Positions 1 to 12,207 of a DNA stretch of 64,000 bases are shown one piece after another. A program made the translations under genes and the position numbers. The notes under the pieces are model-generated. The model saw nothing but the letters and a program-made list of their open reading frames with translations. It was not told the origin of the DNA and ran no database searches. Positions within the stretch are counted from its first letter, which is position 1; every line of letters begins with the position of its first letter. The stretch is from Aquificaceae bacterium (GTDB taxonomy: Bacteria > Aquificota > Aquificia > Aquificales > Aquificaceae): contig JAXSNR010000002.1 in NCBI GenBank assembly GCA_037925075.1, forward strand, positions 384,001-448,000. The letters are read 5' to 3'.

Positions 1-643
1 GGTCAAAGTATATCTCCGAATAGGCAAGGTCAGAAGCCACGATTATGTTATGTTCTTTTGCCCACTCTATCAGTTCCCTATAGAAGTCCTCGCTTGCGGT
101 CGCAGATGTAGGATTGTTGGGGTAATTTACCCATATTATCTTTGCTCTTTTTAGCACCTCCTTTGGGACGCTTTTGAAATCTGGTAGGAAGTGGTTTTCT
201 TCCTTAAGAGGCAGTATATAAGGCTCTCCACCCGCAAACAATGTGCCTATTTTGTACACGGGATAGGCAGGGTCTGGACACAGTACCACATCACCGGGGT
301 TTATAAAGGCTAAGGGAAAGTGGGCTATACCTTCCTTTGAGCCTATAAGGGTTATTACTTCCTTGCTTGGGTCCAATTCCACATCAAAACTTCTCCTATA
401 CCAGTCCGCTACCGCCTGCCTAAAGGAGAGCATGCCCTCGTAGGAGGGGTATCTGTGGTGCTGGGGATTTTCCACAGCTCTTTGCATAGCCTCCACTATG
501 GGCTTTGGTGTGGGAAGGTCTGGGTCTCCCACCCCAAGGTCAATAACATCCACACCTTGAGAGAGCTTTTCCCTCTTTTTCTGGTCAATCTGAGCAAAGA
601 GGTATGGTGGCAAAGCCTTTATCCTTTGGGCGTATTCAAACAT
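1..643 (-). CDS. dapL: LL-diaminopimelate aminotransferase (class I/II PLP aminotransferase), 5' part; runs off the window
   Basis: Manual translation from ATG at 643: MFEYAQRIKALPPYLFAQIDQKK...; contains NYPNNPT and DLAYSE motifs; GGAGG SD upstream. Confidence 0.85.
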   Translation of the reverse strand, partial: MFEYAQRIKALPPYLFAQIDQKKREKLSQGVDVIDLGVGDPDLPTPKPIVEAMQRAVENPQHHRYPSYEGMLSFRQAVADWYRRSFDVELDPSKEVITLIGSKEGIAHFPLAFINPGDVVLCPDPAYPVYKIGTLFAGGEPYILPLKEENHFLPDFKSVPKEVLKRAKIIWVNYPNNPTSATASEDFYRELIEWAKEHNIIVASDLAYSEIYFD

Positions 644-700
644 TTTGCACCTCCAAAGCTTGTGGATTTTTATTATAGCAGTAAAATAAAAGGTTGGGAC

Positions 701-1480
701 ATGACAAATCTTACACTCAGGGTAGCCCCAGAAAAAGCCAAAGAGCTAAAGAAGGAGCTTCTAAGGATGGGTTTTCATGAGATGGAGGATCCAAACCTTC
801 TGTGGTTTTTAACCGATGGAGAAACCTTTTTGAGGCTTTACCCCTCTGGAACACTGCTAATTCAGGGTAAAGATGCTCAAAACCTAAAGGAGTTAATTCT
901 CTCTTTTATTGAAGTCCCTTCTCTGATAACTGTAGGCTGTGATGAGTCGGGTAAGGGTGATGTGTTTGGTCCCCTTGTGCTTTGCTGTGCAGTCATAAAG
1001 CCAGATTACTACAAGAGAGTCCTAAGCCTCAACATGAGAGATTGCAAGAAGATGAAGGATGATCAAGTCCTCAAGAAGGCACAAATCTTCAAGTCCTTTG
1101 GAGAGTTCAGATGCAAGCTTGTAGAGCCTGCAAGCCTAAACGAGCTTTACCAAAAGGTGGGAAACCTTAACAGAATACTGGATGGGCTTTACATGGAACT
1201 TCTTGAGGAGCTACTTAAAAAGTACCCTCATGGTAGCTTTTCTGTGGACGCCTACTCAAAGATAAGCCCCTTTGATAGAAGGGTTTCCTTTAAGCACAAG
1301 GGAGAGGAGGACCTTGCGGTCGCCACAGCCAGCGTTCTTGCAAGGGCTGAGTTCCTAAACTGGTTGAAAAAAAGAGAACTTCCCAAGGGCTCTTCTCCCG
1401 AGGTCATGGAGCTTGCACGCAAGCTCTACAGACAGGACAAGGAAAGGGCTAAGGACATGATAAAAACCTTCTTTTTATGA
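701..1480 (+). CDS. rnhC: Ribonuclease HIII
   Basis: GCDESGKGDVFGPL, DCKK and VATASVLAR RNase H2/H3 motifs; N-terminal 'LYPSGTLLIQGK' domain typical of RNase HIII; ATG 701 preferred because the longer ORF overlaps dapL. Confidence 0.85.
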   Translation: MTNLTLRVAPEKAKELKKELLRMGFHEMEDPNLLWFLTDGETFLRLYPSGTLLIQGKDAQNLKELILSFIEVPSLITVGCDESGKGDVFGPLVLCCAVIKPDYYKRVLSLNMRDCKKMKDDQVLKKAQIFKSFGEFRCKLVEPASLNELYQKVGNLNRILDGLYMELLEELLKKYPHGSFSVDAYSKISPFDRRVSFKHKGEEDLAVATASVLARAEFLNWLKKRELPKGSSPEVMELARKLYRQDKERAKDMIKTFFL

Positions 1481-2267
1481 ACTTGCTCAAAGAGACCGCG
1501 ACAAACAGAAGCACCATACTACCCACCACCGCACCGCTGGGTGGAAGGTCAAGAAGTAAAGATATGGCTATCCCAGAAAAAAGAGAAAAAAAGGAAAAGA
1601 ACACGGAAAGGAGCATGCCCTGCAAGAAGGAGGAAGAAATCATAAGGGAGGTCATGGCTGGTATGGATATAAAGCTGGTAGATAGCACAATGCCCACCGC
1701 CTTTATGGATAGAGCCACATTAGCGGAGGCAAGGGCGATAAGAGAATAGTTAAGAAGCCCAAGCCTTACACCTCTGAGCCTTGCCACCTCCTCATTAAAG
1801 CTTAGGAGCAAAAGGCTCCTGTAGCTGGATAGCACAAAAAGTAAAGTAATCAAAAAGGTCAGCACTGACAAAAGCAGGTCCCTCTCTGAGGCGGTAAGCA
1901 TGCTACCAAAAAGGTAAGAAAAGACATTCGTCCCAAGATTATCCGTAATGCCAAGCACCACTATAGCCAATGCAACACCAAGAGAAAAAAATAGAGCGAC
2001 CACCGTGTCCGCGGGGAGGGATTTTTTATCCACAAGGAACTGTATAAAAAGTCCGAGAAGGACCGTGTAAATCACCGTGAAGGTCATGGGTTCAAGGCCC
2101 AAGACTATTGCTAAGGCTATGCCCCCAAAGGAAGCATGAGAGAGGCCCGCACCAAGCATGGCAAGCCTTTTTATGAGCAAAAAGACGCCGATCAGAGAAG
2201 TGGAAAGGGCTATAAAAAAGGCGGAAAGAAAGCCTTCCCAAAAAAGGCTGTAAGAAAGAAGGTCCAT
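1449..2267 (-). CDS. Zn/Mn ABC transporter permease (ZnuB/ABC-3 family)
   Basis: Hydrophobic ORF with LSHASFGG, YLFGS and LDLPPSG motifs. Confidence 0.9.
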   Translation of the reverse strand: MDLLSYSLFWEGFLSAFFIALSTSLIGVFLLIKRLAMLGAGLSHASFGGIALAIVLGLEPMTFTVIYTVLLGLFIQFLVDKKSLPADTVVALFFSLGVALAIVVLGITDNLGTNVFSYLFGSMLTASERDLLLSVLTFLITLLFVLSSYRSLLLLSFNEEVARLRGVRLGLLNYSLIALASANVALSIKAVGIVLSTSFISIPAMTSLMISSSFLQGMLLSVFFSFFSLFSGIAISLLLDLPPSGAVVGSMVLLFVAVSLSKFIKRRFLSCP

Positions 2268-2283
2268 TCCTAAATTTTAACCT

Positions 2284-4032
2284 ATGGAGAAAAACAAGGA
2301 ACTTGCCAGAATCTTTGAAAGAATGGCGGATATGCTTGAGTTTCTTGGAGACAACCCATATCGTATAAATACCTACAGGAGGGTGGCGGAGGTTCTCTCT
2401 GAACTGGGTGAGGATGTGGAAGACTTGGTAAAAACGGGGAAGATACATAAGATACATGGTATAGGTGAATCCAGCGTGGAAAAGATTCTGGAATACCTTC
2501 GCACTGGCAAAGTGAGTGCTTACGAGGAGCTAAAACAGAAGGTACCAGAAGACCTTCTTGAGCTTCTTGAGGTGCCCGGCGTGGGAGTAAAAACTTTGAG
2601 GCTTGCCTACGACAGGCTAAAGGTAAGAAGCAAGGAGGATTTTATAAGAGCGGTAAGGAGCGGTCAGCTTGCCTTTCTACCGGGCATGGGAGAAAAGAAG
2701 ATACAAAACATACTCAGGGGGCTTGAGCTTTGGCAGAAGAGCAAAGAGAGGATGACCCTTTTACAGGCTTACGAGCTTGGACAGGAGCTTCTTAGCCATT
2801 TTGAAAAGGTAAAGGACCTTTATGAAAACATAGAGCTTGCGGGGAGCCTCAGAAGGAGGAAGGAAACGGTGGGAGACATAGACCTTTTGGTATCCGCAAA
2901 GAAAGAAAACTGGGAGAAGCTTCATCAACACTTTGTTTCCTATCCGGGTGTAAAGGAGGTACTTCTTCATGGAGAGACCAAGTCTAGCGTGGTGCTTCAA
3001 GAGGGAAGGCAGGTAGATTTTAGAACCGTAGAACCTCATCAGTGGGGCTCCGCTTTGCAGTACTTCACCGGTTCAAAGGAGCATAATGTAAGAATCAGGG
3101 ATATAGCTAAAGCAAAGGGCTTAAAAATAAGTGAGTACGGAGTTTTCCAAGAGGAGCAATGGATAGGGGGAAGAACAGAGGAGGAGGTCTATAACCTGAT
3201 AGGCATGCAATGGATCCCACCAGAGCTTAGGGAAAACACGGGAGAAATAGAGCTTGCCCTTGAGGGAAAATTGCCAAGGCTTGTAGAATTGCGGGACATT
3301 AAGGGTGATTTTCATATGCATTCCAATTGGAGCGATGGGCTTCATAGCCTTGAGGAGATGGCGGAAGCCTGCTACAAGCTTGGATATGAGTATATGGTGA
3401 TAGGAGACCATTCTCAGTCTTCACGCGTTGCCAACGGTCTTGATCCGGCGCGTTATAGAGAGCAGTTTAAGTTAATAGAGAGGCTGAACCAGTACTACAA
3501 TCCAAGGGGCTTTTATATACTAAGAGGCTGTGAGGTGGATATACTACCCGATGGCTCTTTGGACCTTCCCGATGAGCTTTTGGAGGAGTTTGACTTTGTG
3601 GTAGCTTCTATTCACTCAAGGTTTAGTCAGGACAACACGTACAGAATACTGAAGGCTATGGAAAGTCCCTATGTGAACCTCATAGGGCATCCCACGGGCA
3701 AAGCCTACGGTACAAGGGAAGGCTATCCTCTGAACATGGAAAAGGTTATAGACATGGCAAAGGAAACGGGCACAGCTCTTGAACTAAACACCTACAGGGC
3801 GGACCTCTCTCCAGAGTATGTGAGAATGTGCATGCAAAAGGGCGTCAACATTGCCATAGTCACCGATGCCCATTCTGTAAAGCACCTTTCCTATATGTGG
3901 GTGGGGGTTGGGCTTGCCAGAAGGGGCTGGGCCGTGCCAGAGCTTGTTTTAAACACAAGGGGAGTAGAAGGTGTTAAGGATTTTGTAGGGCGTAAAAGGG
4001 AGCTTATGCTAAGTGGAAAAAAGGGTTTATAA
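2284..4032 (+). CDS. polX: DNA polymerase X with C-terminal PHP domain
   Basis: GSLRR..TVGDIDLL and YFTGSKEHN motifs; PHP motifs DFHMHSNWSDG and TDAH. Confidence 0.95.
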   Translation: MEKNKELARIFERMADMLEFLGDNPYRINTYRRVAEVLSELGEDVEDLVKTGKIHKIHGIGESSVEKILEYLRTGKVSAYEELKQKVPEDLLELLEVPGVGVKTLRLAYDRLKVRSKEDFIRAVRSGQLAFLPGMGEKKIQNILRGLELWQKSKERMTLLQAYELGQELLSHFEKVKDLYENIELAGSLRRRKETVGDIDLLVSAKKENWEKLHQHFVSYPGVKEVLLHGETKSSVVLQEGRQVDFRTVEPHQWGSALQYFTGSKEHNVRIRDIAKAKGLKISEYGVFQEEQWIGGRTEEEVYNLIGMQWIPPELRENTGEIELALEGKLPRLVELRDIKGDFHMHSNWSDGLHSLEEMAEACYKLGYEYMVIGDHSQSSRVANGLDPARYREQFKLIERLNQYYNPRGFYILRGCEVDILPDGSLDLPDELLEEFDFVVASIHSRFSQDNTYRILKAMESPYVNLIGHPTGKAYGTREGYPLNMEKVIDMAKETGTALELNTYRADLSPEYVRMCMQKGVNIAIVTDAHSVKHLSYMWVGVGLARRGWAVPELVLNTRGVEGVKDFVGRKRELMLSGKKGL

Positions 4033-4040
4033 TCATAACC

Positions 4041-4454
4041 ATGGCACAGCGTGTTGACCTTGAAGACCTACAAGCCATTATAAAGCATGAGATTGGTGAG
4101 CTTAGAAGGCTAAAAAGGGACCTGGCCCTAACAGAGCATATCCCCAGCGTGGATAGTTTTTCTATAATGGTTTTGTACAGCAAGTATCTCTCGGAACAGC
4201 ACATTGAGAACATATCAAGGTCTATGCGAGATTCAGATATATTGGTAGTTCTTGACCGCTACATAATATGTTTACTTCCCGGTACAAACAAAGAAGGAGC
4301 AATCCACTTGGCAGAAGGTATAAAGGATTTTCTGAGTGAAGAAGGCTACTACGTTATAGTTACCTACCCCGAAGATGGAAAAAGCTACGAGGATTTGATT
4401 GATTCGCTTAAGTTCTATTCTGAACAAAAAGGCATTTCCTTACCGATGTTCTAA
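4041..4454 (+). CDS. Hypothetical protein with a degenerate GGDEF-like fold
   Basis: RDSD...LLPGT...A..LAE...TYPEDG pattern resembles GGDEF domains, but there is no GG(D/E)EF motif. Confidence 0.55.
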   Translation: MAQRVDLEDLQAIIKHEIGELRRLKRDLALTEHIPSVDSFSIMVLYSKYLSEQHIENISRSMRDSDILVVLDRYIICLLPGTNKEGAIHLAEGIKDFLSEEGYYVIVTYPEDGKSYEDLIDSLKFYSEQKGISLPMF

Positions 4455-4465
4455 AGGAGGTTAAC

Positions 4466-5575
4466 GTGCAATTGGATATATTAATAGAAAAGAGCTCAAA
4501 TAAAAGCCTTAAAGCTATAGGTGAAAAGGTACTTGAGGGCAAAAGGCTATCTTCTGAGGACGCCATAAAGCTTTTTTATGAAGCTGACCTGAGCTTTGTG
4601 GGTGCCCTCGCGGAGTGGGTAAACAGGAAGAAAAACGGCAATTTTGCCTACTTTATAGTCAACAGACAGATAAACCCCACAAACGTATGCGTATATAAAT
4701 GCAACTTTTGCAGTTTTGGAGTGGTCAGGTCGGACCCAAGAGCTTACGAGATGAGCCTTGAGGAGGTACTTAAGAAGGTGGGAGAAACCCATAGGATGGG
4801 AGGAAGGGAAGTGCATATAGTGGGAGGAATTCCACCCCACTGGAAGGTGGAACATTACATAAACCTTGTGAGGGAGATAAAGAAAGCTTTTCCAGATATG
4901 GTAGTAAAAGCTTGGACCGCCATTGAAATACATCATATGAGCAAAATATCGGGAAGGAGCTACGAAGACATCCTTCTTGAGCTTAAGTCCGCAGGGCTTG
5001 ACGCCATACCAGGAGGTGGTGCGGAGATATTCTCAGAAAGGGTAAGGAAGATAATAGCACCCTACAAGGCAAAGGCGGAAGAGTACCTTGAGGTGCACAG
5101 AACCGCGCACAGGCTCGGCATCCCCACAAATGCCACCATGCTATACGGACACTTGGAAACCTACGAGGAAAGAGTAGAACACATGGAAAGGCTTAGAGAA
5201 CTTCAAGACGAGACGGGAGGCTTTCAGGTCTTTATACCCCTTGCCTACTGGCCTGAGGGCACAAGGCTTGGAGGCAAAAGAACCTCCTCTGTGGATGATC
5301 TCAAAACCATAGCCATCTCAAGGCTCTTTTTGGACAACTTTGACCACATAAAGGCTTATTGGGTCACTCTCGGTGAGAAGGTGGCACAGGTAGCCCTAAA
5401 CATGGGTGCGGATGACCTTGACGGCACCATACAGGAGGAGAAGATAGTGCATTCCGCGGGCACCACCTCCGCCATAGGGCACACAAAGGAAAGGCTTATA
5501 AGACTCATAAGGGATGCGGGTAAGATACCAGTAGAAAGGGACACCTTTTACAACCCAGTCGCAATCTATCCTTGA
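4466..5575 (+). CDS. mqnE: Aminofutalosine synthase (radical SAM, CofH/MqnE family)
   Basis: CVYKCNFC radical SAM motif; PGGGAEIF, TNATMLYGH, HIKAYW. Confidence 0.88.
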   Translation: MQLDILIEKSSNKSLKAIGEKVLEGKRLSSEDAIKLFYEADLSFVGALAEWVNRKKNGNFAYFIVNRQINPTNVCVYKCNFCSFGVVRSDPRAYEMSLEEVLKKVGETHRMGGREVHIVGGIPPHWKVEHYINLVREIKKAFPDMVVKAWTAIEIHHMSKISGRSYEDILLELKSAGLDAIPGGGAEIFSERVRKIIAPYKAKAEEYLEVHRTAHRLGIPTNATMLYGHLETYEERVEHMERLRELQDETGGFQVFIPLAYWPEGTRLGGKRTSSVDDLKTIAISRLFLDNFDHIKAYWVTLGEKVAQVALNMGADDLDGTIQEEKIVHSAGTTSAIGHTKERLIRLIRDAGKIPVERDTFYNPVAIYP

Positions 5576-6429
5576 TTTACCCTTTCCAACAAGGCTTTAA
5601 GGCTTTTTGATATCTCCTTCATCACAGGCTCTATCTTGTCCTTTATCTCCATAAGCCTTTCGTACAGCTCCTGTGGGCTTACCTCCCATGTGCTTATAAG
5701 CCTGTTTTTTAGATTGGTCATCTTAAACACATCCATGTAGTACTCTTGGGGTATAACACCCACCTCCACAAGCTTTGAAAGACAGTCATCACCAAACCTC
5801 TTGACACCAAACTTAGGTGCAAGGTGTTTGCATATATCAAAGAGGCTATCGTACGCCACCTGATAAAAGTATTTGACCCTGTCATAGTACATGGGGGTTT
5901 TGGAAAACTCTTCCAAGCCCTGAGAAAGCACAAAGTCAATCCTTTTTACAGACTCCTTTACATGCCTTGCCTTCTCGTTGAGAAGCTCAAAGTCTATAAG
6001 AAGAGGGTTTTTCGTTTCCCTTTTTACAAACTCCACCACAGCCCTTGCATACTCCCTAAAAAGGGGCAAGAACCTCTTCAAAGACTGATAAAGCTCTTCC
6101 GGTGGCAAGGCTTCCTTGAGGTCCCTATGTTTTATGTAAAACTGAGCCAGTTCTTCGAAGACCTCGGACCCAGAAAGTCCCACAAGCTCCGCTATCTTTT
6201 TAAGGCAGTCTTTTGATGTGGTTTTAAGGTTATAAACCACAGACAGATGCCTGCATACTCTCATGGAGCTTTCAAAAGCCATGTTAAAGTCCACTCTAAC
6301 CTTGTCTTGGACTAATCTGTTTGAGACAAACTCTTCCTCAGAGAGGGAAAGGTTCTTTTTAAGGTCCGCATAAGCCTTTTCAAGCTGGGTGAAGCTCTCC
6401 AGTATAAGGCTTATCTTGGGCTTTTTCAT
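5566..6429 (-). CDS. Tandem DUF86/HEPN-like domain protein
   Basis: Two internally similar halves (VRVDFNMAFESSMRVCRHL / VKYFYQVAYDSLFDICKHL) resembling DUF86 helices. Confidence 0.65.
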   Translation of the reverse strand: MKKPKISLILESFTQLEKAYADLKKNLSLSEEEFVSNRLVQDKVRVDFNMAFESSMRVCRHLSVVYNLKTTSKDCLKKIAELVGLSGSEVFEELAQFYIKHRDLKEALPPEELYQSLKRFLPLFREYARAVVEFVKRETKNPLLIDFELLNEKARHVKESVKRIDFVLSQGLEEFSKTPMYYDRVKYFYQVAYDSLFDICKHLAPKFGVKRFGDDCLSKLVEVGVIPQEYYMDVFKMTNLKNRLISTWEVSPQELYERLMEIKDKIEPVMKEISKSLKALLERVNQG

Positions 6430-7230
6430 CTATATCTCTCTTAGCTCCTCTCTTGTAATGTACTGTTGTAGGCGCTCTATGTACCTTGCCTTACCACTTA
6501 CCTCGTCAAGCTCCACAAGAAGTGCATTTACCACCACATCTTCCTTTTCTTCCACTTCGTACTTTTGAGGTATTCCCTTTGTAAACCTTTCTATTGCCTC
6601 CTGGGGCTTCATGCCTATGGCTGAGTACCAACAACCTGTCATGCCCACATCACTTGTGTAGGCGGTGCCCTTTTTGAGGATGACCTGGTCTGCGGTGGGC
6701 ACATGGGTATGGGTCCCATAGACAAGGCTTGCCCTTCCATCCACGTATATACCAAAAGCCCACTTTTCTGAAGTGGTTTCCGCATGGAAATCTACCACTA
6801 CAAGAGGCGTTTCCTTGCTCACCTCCTCATATACTCTGTCAAAGAGCAAAAAGGGGTTTTCAAGGTTTGAATCAAGCAAGGATCTACCCATAAGGTTTAT
6901 AACCGCATACCTTATGCCCTTCTTTTCGTATATGCGGTAGCCTCTACCGGGAACACCGTCGGGATAGTTGGCGGGTCTTAAAAGGTTTGTGGCACTGTCT
7001 ATAAACTGATAAACCTCCTTTTTGTCCCATATGTGATTTCCAGAAGTCATAACATCCACGCCCATGTTTAAAAGCTCTTCATAGACCTTTTTTGTTATAC
7101 CAAAGCCACCGGCAACATTTTCCACATTCACAAGCACCACATCCACAAGGTCCCTATAGCCAGCAAGAAAGTATTTTAGAGTTTTCCTTCCGGGCTTTCC
7201 TATTATGTCTCCAAACACTAAAAGCTTCAT
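6430..7230 (-). CDS. ymdB: YmdB-family metallophosphoesterase (TIGR00282)
   Basis: GDIIGKPGR, NVENVAGG, TSGNH, DFHAETTSEK, GTHTHVPTAD, DVGMTG. Confidence 0.93.
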   Translation of the reverse strand: MKLLVFGDIIGKPGRKTLKYFLAGYRDLVDVVLVNVENVAGGFGITKKVYEELLNMGVDVMTSGNHIWDKKEVYQFIDSATNLLRPANYPDGVPGRGYRIYEKKGIRYAVINLMGRSLLDSNLENPFLLFDRVYEEVSKETPLVVVDFHAETTSEKWAFGIYVDGRASLVYGTHTHVPTADQVILKKGTAYTSDVGMTGCWYSAIGMKPQEAIERFTKGIPQKYEVEEKEDVVVNALLVELDEVSGKARYIERLQQYITREELREI

Positions 7231-7237
7231 GGCTCTT

Positions 7238-7324
7238 TGGTGCGGGTGGAGGGAGTTGAACCCTCACGGGCGTAAGCCCACTGGATCCTGAGTCCAGCGC
7301 GTCTGCCAGTTCCGCCACACCCGC
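7238..7324 (-). tRNA. tRNA-Leu(CAG), CCA encoded
   Basis: Reverse complement GCGGGTGTGGCGGAACTGGCAGACGCGCTGGACT-CAG-GATCCAG...GGTTCAACTCCCTCCACCCGCACCA; long variable arm. Confidence 0.97.
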
Positions 7325-7342
7325 TAAGAGTCAGATTATAAT

Positions 7343-10039
<2,697 letters not shown>

Positions 10040-10151
10040 GGTCTATGTTATAGAATTTTATATGGAGTGAAAAGAGAAATGGTTTTGTCTTGTCCAATGG
10101 TAGGAGAGCTGTATCCTTTTATTGCACAAATTATTTGCTTGAAAGTTAACC

Positions 10152-10859
10152 ATGACCTACTTTGACCTTTTAACAAAAAGGTTTCTGGTGGGACACAGAG
10201 GAGTGCCAGAGCTTGAGTTAGAAAACACCCTTCAGTCTATTCAGAGGGCTATAGAGTTTGGTGCACAGGTGGTGGAGGTGGACATCCAAAGGACAAGGGA
10301 CGGAGTCCTTGTGCTAAGCCACGATGAGAACATTAAAAGAACCTTTGGAGTGGACAAGAACATACACGAAGGCACATGGCAAGAGATCAAAGGCGTTGAA
10401 AAGGATGGCCACAGGTTGGCAAGGCTTGAGGAAGCCCTTGAGTTGGTAGGTGGCAAGGCGGGCATGTTTTTGGAGGTAAAGCACCCAGAGGATGCTCAAG
10501 AGGTTTATAAAAAGGTTTTGGAGCACAGGGCTGCGGACTGGACCGCCATAATAAGCTTTTACCCTCAAGCCCTTGAGGAGCTAAAAGGAAAGATAACCAC
10601 CGGGCTTGTATATTCAAAACCACCGGGCATGATACCTGAGGCTAAAAGGTTGGGCTGTTTGTTTGCTCTTCCCAAGTACGGGCTGGCAACTCAAAAGGCT
10701 GTGGACTTTGCCCATAGGTTGAAGCTTAAGGTGGTAGCATGGACCGTCAACGACCCCCAAAAGGCAAGAGAACTTTTTGAAAGAGGCGTGGACGGAATAG
10801 CCACGGACTGTGTTAAAACATTGAAAGTGCAACTCTCTTCTATTCTATCCTCTCCTTGA
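10152..10859 (+). CDS. Glycerophosphodiester phosphodiesterase
   Basis: GHRG..ENT, EVDIQRTRDG..HD, AWTVND, GIATD. Confidence 0.93.
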   Translation: MTYFDLLTKRFLVGHRGVPELELENTLQSIQRAIEFGAQVVEVDIQRTRDGVLVLSHDENIKRTFGVDKNIHEGTWQEIKGVEKDGHRLARLEEALELVGGKAGMFLEVKHPEDAQEVYKKVLEHRAADWTAIISFYPQALEELKGKITTGLVYSKPPGMIPEAKRLGCLFALPKYGLATQKAVDFAHRLKLKVVAWTVNDPQKARELFERGVDGIATDCVKTLKVQLSSILSSP

Positions 10860-12194
10860 CTATAATAAGTTTTTCATCCTCAGAAAGCTTGTGAGAAAGC
10901 CTTGGGAAGTAGCTTATGCGATTTTCCTTCATGACTCCCAAAACACGATAACCTTTAACCTCTAATTTTTTTCTCTATCTCTTCTATCTTTTTTCCAGCT
11001 TCTGCGGGTATAACCTCCAACTGAAATCTTTCCGCCATGTGCTGTATAAGGTCCGCAAGTGCCCTTCCATGAATAAGGCTCGCTATGATTGAACCCACTA
11101 TCTCCCCTCCTATTATGATGTAATCCGCCACCCTTCTTCTCTTTATCAGCTTGGCATTTTCTCTTAGAAGAATTTCTAAGACGATGACCGCATTGGGATT
11201 AAGGTCTCTTGCTTGTAGACCCGCTAATATGGTTCTTGCATCCACAGAGTCTTCCGAGTAGCCTGTTAATTTTTCCGCCAACACTATCACCATATGAGCC
11301 CTTTCTATGCCCGCATCCTTCATAACCTCCTCACTTCCAAAGTCGCCCCTCTTATAATGAAAACCTTTGTATGTGCTTAGGTCTTGTGTGCTTATGACCA
11401 CTATGTCTTTTCCAGAGTGCTTTAACCTTTCAAGTATCACACCGCCTGTTTCATTCCATCCACATATGACTATATGGTCTTGCATATCCTTGTAGCTTAA
11501 CATTCCCAACCTTAACATACTAACATAGCTTGCCAATCCCGCACTCAGGGTAGCCACAAAGCTGGAAAAGGCAAGCACACCACTTACTGCGGCCATCATA
11601 ACTATAACTTTGCCCTCCCAAGTGATTGGTGTTATGTCTCCATAACCCACTGTTGTTATGGTTATAACAAGCGTATAAAAGGCGTCAAAGAGGTTTGATA
11701 TATTGGGGTTGCCTGCTCTTTTCTCAATGGAGTAGAAGATAAGGAGTGATATAAGGAATACAGCAGGGAAAAAGGAGGAAAGAAGCATTAGCTCAAAGAA
11801 TACGTTTCTGAATATATCTCTGAGGGTTAAGAAAATATACCTGTAGCGGTAGGTTATTCTGAAAAACCTTGCAGTAAGCAATATACCTCAAAAGTCTGAA
11901 GGGCTGAAAATATGGAACGATAGCGATCAAGTCAAGCAAAGAGAGAGGATGTAAAAGGTAATACAGTCTATTCTTAGAAAGGTACAATCTTCCAAAGTAT
12001 TCAAAAAGAATAACCGTTGAAACGAAAACCTCAATGTGGATAACTATGAAATGAATATCCTTCGTAAAACCCTTAAGCTCATCATAAACACCAAGGACAA
12101 CGGAAAGTGCAAGTATACTAAAGGAAAAGCTTTGGTAGAGTATAAAAAGGGGAGAAGCGATATTCTCAAGCAAGTTATGAAGAAGTCTGTGCAT
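10840..12194 (-). pseudogene. Six-TM potassium channel with RCK (TrkA-N/C) domains, broken by two frameshifts
   Basis: ORF 11793-12194 holds S1-S4 (LDLIAIVP..FRLLR); ORF 10955-11881 holds the TVGYGD filter and RCK-N; the C-terminus (LEVKGYRVLGV...DEKLIIVKERIE*) continues in another frame to the stop at 10840. Confidence 0.8.
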
Positions 12195-12207
12195 ATATTT
12201 TTATTCT

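Noticed and set aside
455..700. N-terminal 82-aa extension of the rnhC ORF
   Set aside because: It overlaps dapL on the opposite strand; ATG 701 gives a normal-length RNase HIII
7224..7234. Match of CRISPR spacer B (GCTTCATGGCT) to the ymdB start region, plus SD-like matches near 4453 and 15433
   Set aside because: Only about 11-13 nt and explained by generic SD/ATG context; not evidence of self-targeting
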